Position numbers and translations under genes: made by a program
Shown: piece by piece, positions 59,366 to 64,000 of the stretch
Position numbering within the stretch: the first letter of the stretch is position 1
Layout of the letters: each line of letters starts with the position of its first letter
IMG/VR virus record: IMGVR_UViG_3300010885_033832
Location: 1 to 64,000 of that record
Origin: a virus
DNA: 64,000 nucleotides
Strand: one strand, 5' to 3'
Notes under the pieces: generated by a model
What the model was told of the DNA's origin: nothing
The model's input: the letters and a program-made list of their open reading frames with translations, nothing else
Databases searched by the model: none

Positions 59366-59456
59366 TGTGTCCTCCTTTCGTTTTCAGACTACGGCATACC
59401 CCCGACACGAAACAACCAACCCCCACCGCATAGGCGGTGAGGGTTGGCGTTTGGCG

Positions 59457-59687
59457 TTACCGCGAGCGCCGAAGACTACGGCGGTACACTTCTTCCCCGA
59501 CATTCCAACTGAGTAGGGCAGAGGCGACAACGATACAACCGACAACCATAACGCGGTCGAATGTAGCGTTGTAGGACAGTCCCGACATCTCGGCGGAACG
59601 GGCGAGGCTATCGGCGGTAAGCGCGGTGACAACCGCAACCGCATACAGCCCCAGCGCCATAAGGGCGCGGAATCGACGAATGGACAT
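59457..59687 (-). CDS. Cassette gene: two-TM membrane protein (76 aa)
   Basis: Two hydrophobic segments; AAAGGAG RBS. Confidence 0.68.
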   Translation of the reverse strand: MSIRRFRALMALGLYAVAVVTALTADSLARSAEMSGLSYNATFDRVMVVGCIVVASALLSWNVGEEVYRRSLRRSR

Positions 59688-59790
59688 TCCATTCTCCTTT
59701 CGTTGGTGATATCAGATTACAACGGCGAGCGCCGAAACGGCAACAACCCCCCACCGCATAAGCGATAGGGGGTTGTCGGCGGCGACTACT

Positions 59791-59895
59791 TCATCGGTTG
59801 AAGACGAAGTCGAGGTCGTGCGTGTGGTACGCAATTCCCTCGGTGTCGCGAGTACCGCACTCGGGGCACGGGTCGGTGAGGTCACCAGTAGCCAT
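59791..59895 (-). CDS. Cassette gene: CxxC microprotein (34 aa)
   Basis: AAGGAGG RBS; MATGDLTDPCPECG...HTHD. Confidence 0.6.
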   Translation of the reverse strand: MATGDLTDPCPECGTRDTEGIAYHTHDLDFVFNR

Positions 59896-60017
59896 AAGAG
59901 TCACCTCCTTGGGGCAACGGCGTGGGGCGTGTCCCCCACGCCGACAACGATACGCGGCCCCACGCCGACAACGCAACAACCCCCCACGCCGATTGGCGTG
60001 AGGGGCTGTTGGTGGCG

Positions 60018-60419
60018 TTACTCGGCGGTGGCTTCGGCGGTAACGGGGGCGTTCGCGTTGGACACTACAACGCGCTTGGCTTCAGCGGTACACCAGAACA
60101 GGTCGTGACCGAGCGTTTCCGCTTCGATTTCGACATTCGTTCCCGTGCGGTCGTCGGTCTGCCAATCGCGAACGCGCAAGCGACCGACGACTACGATACG
60201 GTCGCCCTTGTTCAGCGACGCCATTGAGTTCACGGCGAGAGCGCGGAACGCCGTGACCGTGTACCAATTGGTCGAAGCGTCAAGCCACTTTTCAGTAGCC
60301 TTGTCGTATCGTCGCTGTGACGACGCGAGGCGGAATGAAGTGATGGGCAGACCTTCTGCCGTCACGATATGGCGTGGTGTCGTGGCGATAAGCCCCGTCA
60401 CCGTGAGCGTGTCGCTCAT
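60018..60419 (-). CDS. ssb: Single-stranded DNA-binding protein (short, no acidic tail)
   Basis: OB-fold motifs SFRLASSQRRYD, WYTVTAF--LA-N, KGDRIVVVGRL, EIEAETLGHDL; start at MSDTLTV. Confidence 0.92.
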   Translation of the reverse strand: MSDTLTVTGLIATTPRHIVTAEGLPITSFRLASSQRRYDKATEKWLDASTNWYTVTAFRALAVNSMASLNKGDRIVVVGRLRVRDWQTDDRTGTNVEIEAETLGHDLFWCTAEAKRVVVSNANAPVTAEATAE

Positions 60420-60532
60420 GTGATTCTCCCTTGCTTGTGTGAGCCGTGTTGCCCACACCTCAACGATAGCGCGGCCACACCCGACAACGCAACAACCCCC
60501 CCACCGCATAAGCGATAGGGGGTTGTCGGCGG

Positions 60533-60712
60533 TTAGACAGGTTCGTTGTTGATTGTTCCGTTGGCGCAGGCTTGGTTGTATTCCTCAACTAGTCGCGTTG
60601 CGTTGTCCACTACGATAAAGTTCGCACCTACTCCCTCACCGAAGATACCCTCTTCGGTAATCGCGCGAGTGATGAGCGTGTGGGCTTGTTTCAGGATTTC
60701 GTAATCCGTCAT
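60533..60712 (-). CDS. Cassette gene: hypothetical protein (59 aa)
   Basis: Manual translation MTDYEILKQAHTLITRAITEEG...; GAAAGGA RBS; not in the ORF track. Confidence 0.65.
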   Translation of the reverse strand: MTDYEILKQAHTLITRAITEEGIFGEGVGANFIVVDNATRLVEEYNQACANGTINNEPV

Positions 60713-60780
60713 TTCGTTCCTTTCGTTCGGTTGAGAGTGTAGCGCGCCACCGTGTTCCCAACGGTGGCGCGCCGTGTCAC

Positions 60781-60963
60781 CTATTCGGTGACGGTGGCGT
60801 TCGCCGTGTTATCGGCGTTAGCCGTAGAGAGCTTTTCGATTTGGGCGTTGATTTCGCCCAACCGCATAGCGTTCTCCACCATCAACTCTGCCACCGTGTT
60901 TCGCATTTCTTTTAGGGTGGCGATTGAGTTTTCCAGAAACTCAATCTGTTCTTGCTTGTCCAT
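60781..60963 (-). CDS. Cassette gene: coiled-coil protein (60 aa)
   Basis: MDKQEQIEFLENSIATLKEM...; GAAAGGT RBS. Confidence 0.65.
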   Translation of the reverse strand: MDKQEQIEFLENSIATLKEMRNTVAELMVENAMRLGEINAQIEKLSTANADNTANATVTE

Positions 60964-61071
60964 TGGACACCTTTCGATTAGCGGGGCGTGTTCCCCACAT
61001 TCACAACGATACGCCGAACGCCGAACAAACGCCAACACCCCCCACCTTTCGGCGGGGGGTGTCGCGTTCCG

Positions 61072-61197
61072 TTATTTCAGTTTGTCCAAGATTGCCATTA
61101 TCTCGGCGCGTTGTGCTTCGGGCAACGCTTCGATTCGTTCCGCAGCGTCGGGGACGAAAAGGCTATCCAAATCGTCGGGGTTAGTCCAGTCGAACAT
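61072..61197 (-). CDS. Cassette gene: acidic microprotein (41 aa)
   Basis: MFDWTNPDDLDSLF...; GAAAGGA RBS. Confidence 0.62.
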   Translation of the reverse strand: MFDWTNPDDLDSLFVPDAAERIEALPEAQRAEIMAILDKLK

Positions 61198-61302
61198 TGT
61201 TTCCTTTCGGGGGCGGTTCCCCCATACCGCAAAGGTAGCACCGGCATCGGCCAGAACGCAAACACCCCCCACACCGTTAGGCGTAGGGGGCGTTCGTTCG
61301 CG

Positions 61303-61485
61303 TTACTTGTTCTTGGACTTGGTGAACGGTGAGTGGTTCATCGCGTAGATGTATTGGCGTTGACGGCGATTGAACCGTGGGCGGTGCTTGAGCAGATAGA
61401 ACCAGTTGATCGTGAATAGCGTGACGGCGATACCCGTCACGAAACTCGCGACAACCGTCACGATGAATATCGTGTCGTTGGACAT
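61303..61485 (-). CDS. Cassette gene: single-TM protein (60 aa)
   Basis: MSNDTIFIVTVVASFVTGIAVTLFTINWFYLL followed by a basic tail. Confidence 0.65.
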   Translation of the reverse strand: MSNDTIFIVTVVASFVTGIAVTLFTINWFYLLKHRPRFNRRQRQYIYAMNHSPFTKSKNK

Positions 61486-61550
61486 TGTTTCCCTCTCGTG
61501 AGAGTTGGGAACGGTGTGACCCTCTCGCGAGAGCCACACCGTTCGATGGA

Positions 61551-61838
61551 CTAGGGGAGGCGAACCGAAGTCACCGAAGCGACATTGGTGAACTCGCCTT
61601 TGGATACCGCTTCCGCGATAGCAGGGTACGCCGAGAGAATGGATTTGGTGTCCGTTGTCTTGCGTTCGGTGACGGTTACGCGAGCGATTGTCTGCCCTTT
61701 GTATTCCACCGTTCCCTCGCCGACCGCGCCGATGATGAGCGCGCGGAGCGTTTCACTCTGCTTGGTGAGTGTGTCGATTTCCGCCTTGAGAGCGCGGAAC
61801 TCGGCGACCGCGTCAGCGACCTTTTTGGTTACGACCAT
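61551..61838 (-). CDS. Cassette gene: hypothetical protein (95 aa)
   Basis: MVVTKKVADAVAEFRALKAEID...; GAAAGGA RBS. Confidence 0.7.
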   Translation of the reverse strand: MVVTKKVADAVAEFRALKAEIDTLTKQSETLRALIIGAVGEGTVEYKGQTIARVTVTERKTTDTKSILSAYPAIAEAVSKGEFTNVASVTSVRLP

Positions 61839-61950
61839 TGTCGTGTCCTTTCGTTGGGAGAGGGCGTGTCCCTCTCGTGATTCCACTCTACGCGGCCACA
61901 CCCGACAAACGCAAACACCCCCCACCTTTCGGTGGAGGGTGTTCGTGGCG

Positions 61951-62205
61951 TTAGCCGATGTAGCGAGCGTAAACGGTAACGCGCTTACTGCGGTTGGAGT
62001 TCTTGCGCGAAGTCGCTTCAAACGACCCAGCAGGGGTGAATCCAATCAAGATACCTCGCTTGATTGACACCACATAACTTGCTGGTGCGTTGTCGCTAAC
62101 GACGGCCCATTCTCCTGGATTTGCTTTGAGGGCTTTAGCAATCGCCCCGTACTTACCTGTTTGCACAGCGCGCTTCGGCGGTGCTTCCCAGCGGATTTTT
62201 ACCAC
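61951..62205 (-). CDS. Cassette gene: putative DNA-binding protein (84 aa)
   Basis: WEAPP...LKANPGEWAVV...FEATSR...VYARY pattern common in actinophages; AAAGGAG RBS. Confidence 0.68.
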   Translation of the reverse strand: MVKIRWEAPPKRAVQTGKYGAIAKALKANPGEWAVVSDNAPASYVVSIKRGILIGFTPAGSFEATSRKNSNRSKRVTVYARYIG

Positions 62206-62313
62206 GTCTCTCCTTTGCGAGGGGCGTGTCCCCTCTCGGTTCTACTTTACGACCAGAGCGAACACAACGCAAACAACCCCCCCACCCGATAGGGCAGGGG
62301 GGCGCGGTTGGGG

Positions 62314-62406
62314 CTAGTACCCGAACACCCACTCACCTTTGTGTTCGCAGGTGAAGAGCGCACCGCACTCGTCGCACGGCACTAGCACAATCTCTTCGTT
62401 GTCCAT
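62314..62406 (-). CDS. Cassette gene: CxxC microprotein (30 aa)
   Basis: Manual translation MDNEEIVLVPCDECGALFTCEHKGEWVFGY; AAAGGAG RBS, own promoter and hairpin. Confidence 0.58.
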   Translation of the reverse strand: MDNEEIVLVPCDECGALFTCEHKGEWVFGY

Positions 62407-62516
62407 CGGTTCTCCTTTGTTGGCAGGGCGTGTTCCCCACATCTCCACCGTACGCGATCGTGGGGCGAACCGACAAACACCCCCCACCCTTTCGGGTGAG
62501 GGGCGTTCGGTTCAGG

Positions 62517-63005
62517 CTACCAACTTGCTCGGTAGGTGAAGTCACAATCGGCGAGTGACTTGTTGGCGAGTATCTGCGAGAGTTCGTCACGAGTGGTTTC
62601 CAAGTCCTTCCAGTACCACTCGTCAATCTCGGTCGAACCGAAGAAGAAGCCAGCCTGTGGTGGCAGGTGTTCTTCCGCGATTGCCGTTCGGTTTGCTTCG
62701 CTCGCGCCGAGAATGATGTCGCACAGGTTTCGCAACGCTTCCAAGCCGTCACGCGGTACGCCGATTTCTTGGCACTCGTCAAGCCCATCAGCGAAGTTGC
62801 TCACGAACCATTGGTGAATGGCGTTCGCTTTCCGCCAATACATTACCGTCACAGCGAGGGTCGCAGACGGCGAGTATTCGGGCAGTATCGCAGGGTCGAA
62901 CCCTGCCGTTTCCAGCACACTCGCAAACTGCTCGCGGTCTGCTTCGGGTCGGTGTTCCCAACCCGATAGGTACTTCTCGGCAGATAGATACATATCCAGT
63001 CCCAT
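62517..63005 (-). CDS. Cassette gene: conserved phage protein (MGLDMYL...YWRKANAIH-WF family)
   Basis: Recognisable widespread phage family: YWRKANAIHQWFV, LPPQAGFFFGS, YRASW. Confidence 0.8.
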   Translation of the reverse strand: MGLDMYLSAEKYLSGWEHRPEADREQFASVLETAGFDPAILPEYSPSATLAVTVMYWRKANAIHQWFVSNFADGLDECQEIGVPRDGLEALRNLCDIILGASEANRTAIAEEHLPPQAGFFFGSTEIDEWYWKDLETTRDELSQILANKSLADCDFTYRASW

Positions 63006-63114
63006 TATGTTTCCTTTGCTTGGTGTGAACCGTGTTGCTCACATTTCCAAACTACGGCACCGGCGGCCACAACGCAAACAACCCCCCACCGTGAGGTGAG
63101 GGGTTGCTCGGCGG

Positions 63115-63321
63115 TCACTCGTATTGAGCGTGGATTACATCCCAGCAGGGGAAGCAGTACGGCTCTCCGTTGTCGCGGTGAGTTTTCTTACCACAGGCAT
63201 CACAGGGAACTTTCCCCTCTCCACCGTCATAGCACGAATAGCAGGTGTAACCGTCTTCTTCGAGAATGTCCTCGTCGAGTTGGTCGCAGGTACAGGTCGG
63301 GTTGTTCGGGTTCTTTTTCAT
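63115..63321 (-). CDS. Cys-rich zinc-binding protein (68 aa)
   Basis: CTC, CYSC, CDAC, CFPC; ATG overlaps the upstream TGA. Confidence 0.65.
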   Translation of the reverse strand: MKKNPNNPTCTCDQLDEDILEEDGYTCYSCYDGGEGKVPCDACGKKTHRDNGEPYCFPCWDVIHAQYE

Positions 63322-63449
63322 CAGTTCCCCTCGCAATCGTGTCCGTAGGACAGTTCCTGCTCGTCAACCTCGTTGGTCGGGTCGAACACTCGCGAGCATT
63401 CGACACACTTGAGCAGAAGTCCTGCTCGCGTAATGGTGAGTTCCATCAT
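63321..63449 (-). CDS. Cassette gene: CxxC...HxC microprotein (42 aa)
   Basis: Manual translation MMELTITRAGLLLKCVECSRVFDP...YGHDCEGN; GAAAGGA RBS. Confidence 0.62.
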   Translation of the reverse strand: MMELTITRAGLLLKCVECSRVFDPTNEVDEQELSYGHDCEGN

Positions 63450-63514
63450 CTCGGTTCCTTTCAGGGGCGGTTCCCCTCTACTTCCAATCTACGCGATCGG
63501 GGCGCAAACGCAAA

Positions 63515-63608
63515 GTACCCCCCGAGCGAAAGGGATAACTCTCGGGGGGCGTTTCTTTGTGTGTGGCGTTACCGTCAAGGGGTAAACACGATTCCCTGAC
63601 AACCACTC
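63515..63608 (-). ncRNA. Candidate ~90-nt small RNA (ORF-less cassette)
   Basis: Extended -10 TGTGG-TAGCCT (63614-63624), hairpin GUCAGGG/CCUUGAC with a loop containing CGUGUU, terminator hairpin at 63518-63549, no RBS-led ORF inside. Confidence 0.45.
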
Positions 63609-63691
63609 CGTCTAGGCTACCACACCGTGACGCGCGCAAAATACCAAAACAACGAACCCCCCTACCGAAGTAGAGGGGTTCGCGGTGACCG

Positions 63692-64000
63692 TCAGACGGT
63701 GAGGTTGCTTGCTTGGATTTCAGCGAGCGAGCGCGGTTCCCAGTAGAGGTCGCGTTCGACCATCATTCCCATCGGACCGACCACGCCTGAGAGTTCCGAG
63801 AGCGAGAAGTATCCCAACTCCATCTCGAAGCCGTTGACCAGACCGAAGAACTGGTCTTCGCCATCGAACTCGGTTGCGTACCAAGTCCAGTTCGCCCAGG
63901 GGGTGAAGTACTTGACCGTAGCCATCGTTTCCTCAAGCGACTTGTTCTCGTTCGTGTAGAGCGGTGGAAGTGCTGCGCGCACCTCGTCGTTCATCAGTTC
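63692..64000 (-). CDS. DUF2958-like protein (5' end may lie outside the window)
   Basis: LPPLY, VKYFTPWANWTWYATE, FFGLV-GFE-ELGYFSL-EL, ERDLYW. Confidence 0.8.
   Translation of the reverse strand, partial: ELMNDEVRAALPPLYTNENKSLEETMATVKYFTPWANWTWYATEFDGEDQFFGLVNGFEMELGYFSLSELSGVVGPMGMMVERDLYWEPRSLAEIQASNLTV

Larger units (their letters stand above)
57969..59407 (-). promoter_or_regulatory. RecA-NDp/PafBC-type promoter motifs TGTCGG-N10-TAnnnT
   Basis: Exact matches at 57969-57990, 58428-58449 and 59386-59407; one mismatch (TGTCCG) at 58768-58789. Confidence 0.6.
57666..63682 (-). repeat. Dispersed intergenic terminator-promoter-5'hairpin modules (~17 copies)
   Basis: GC-rich hairpins at about 57666, 58099, 58495, 58793, 59088, 59416, 59743, 59977, 60492, 61035, 61262, 61914, 62277, 62477, 63079, 63518 and 63653; most are immediately followed (minus strand) by a TTGCGT-like -35, 16-18 nt, then a TAnnnT -10. 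Confidence 0.85.

Noticed and set aside
489-63599. Plus-strand and alternative-frame ORFs in the track (e.g. 21225..22187, 55603..56394, 24625..25242)
   Set aside because: They are antisense shadows of well-supported minus-strand genes, with no RBS or recognisable motifs
57666-63682. CRISPR array or integron attC array as the explanation for the intergenic repeats
   Set aside because: Repeats are degenerate and separated by whole genes, not 30-40-nt spacers; no consistent RYYYAAC...GTTRRRY ends (one partial GTCTAAC only); no cas or integrase gene seen
1-64000. tRNA, rRNA, reverse transcriptase/DGR, transposase, integrase
   Set aside because: No cloverleaf with T-loop consensus, YxDD RT or recombinase motifs noticed by eye; tRNAscan and HMM searches were not run

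Overview
A 64-kb segment of a large tailed (siphovirus-like) actinobacteriophage with essentially all real genes on the minus strand. The host is probably a Microbacteriaceae-like actinobacterium (inferred from the SSB sequence, leaderless promoters and PafBC-type promoter motifs). Read in transcription direction (right to left), it has four parts. (i) 57.7-64 kb: an array of about 17 self-contained cassettes (promoter, conserved 5'-UTR hairpin, RBS, small ORF, terminator), one of them ORF-less. (ii) 49.2-57.5 kb: peptidoglycan-binding protein, thioredoxin, terminase large subunit, a MoxR AAA/VWA pair, an odd non-coding switch region and an HTH gene. (iii) 22-49 kb: portal and an expanded head module (zincin protein, 4425-aa SF1-helicase protein, multidomain head protein, prohead protease fused to a Dps domain, separate hexamer- and pentamer-type capsid proteins). 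(iv) 1-22 kb: tail module (major tail, chaperones with a likely -1 frameshift, tape measure, Dit/minor tails, collagen-like fibres). Most notable observations: (a) eleven 5'-UTR hairpins share an AACACG-type loop with co-varying stems, and an ORF-less cassette in the same array would make a ~90-nt RNA whose loop shows the complement CGUGUU, a candidate kissing-loop sRNA regulon; (b) tail proteins built from nested (Russian-doll) domains, one stalk split across two in-frame genes separated by a single TAG; (c) a candidate virion cargo system with shared targeting and cleavage motifs that would deliver Dps, helicase and protease domains. All calls come from motif recognition by eye; no database searches were run.
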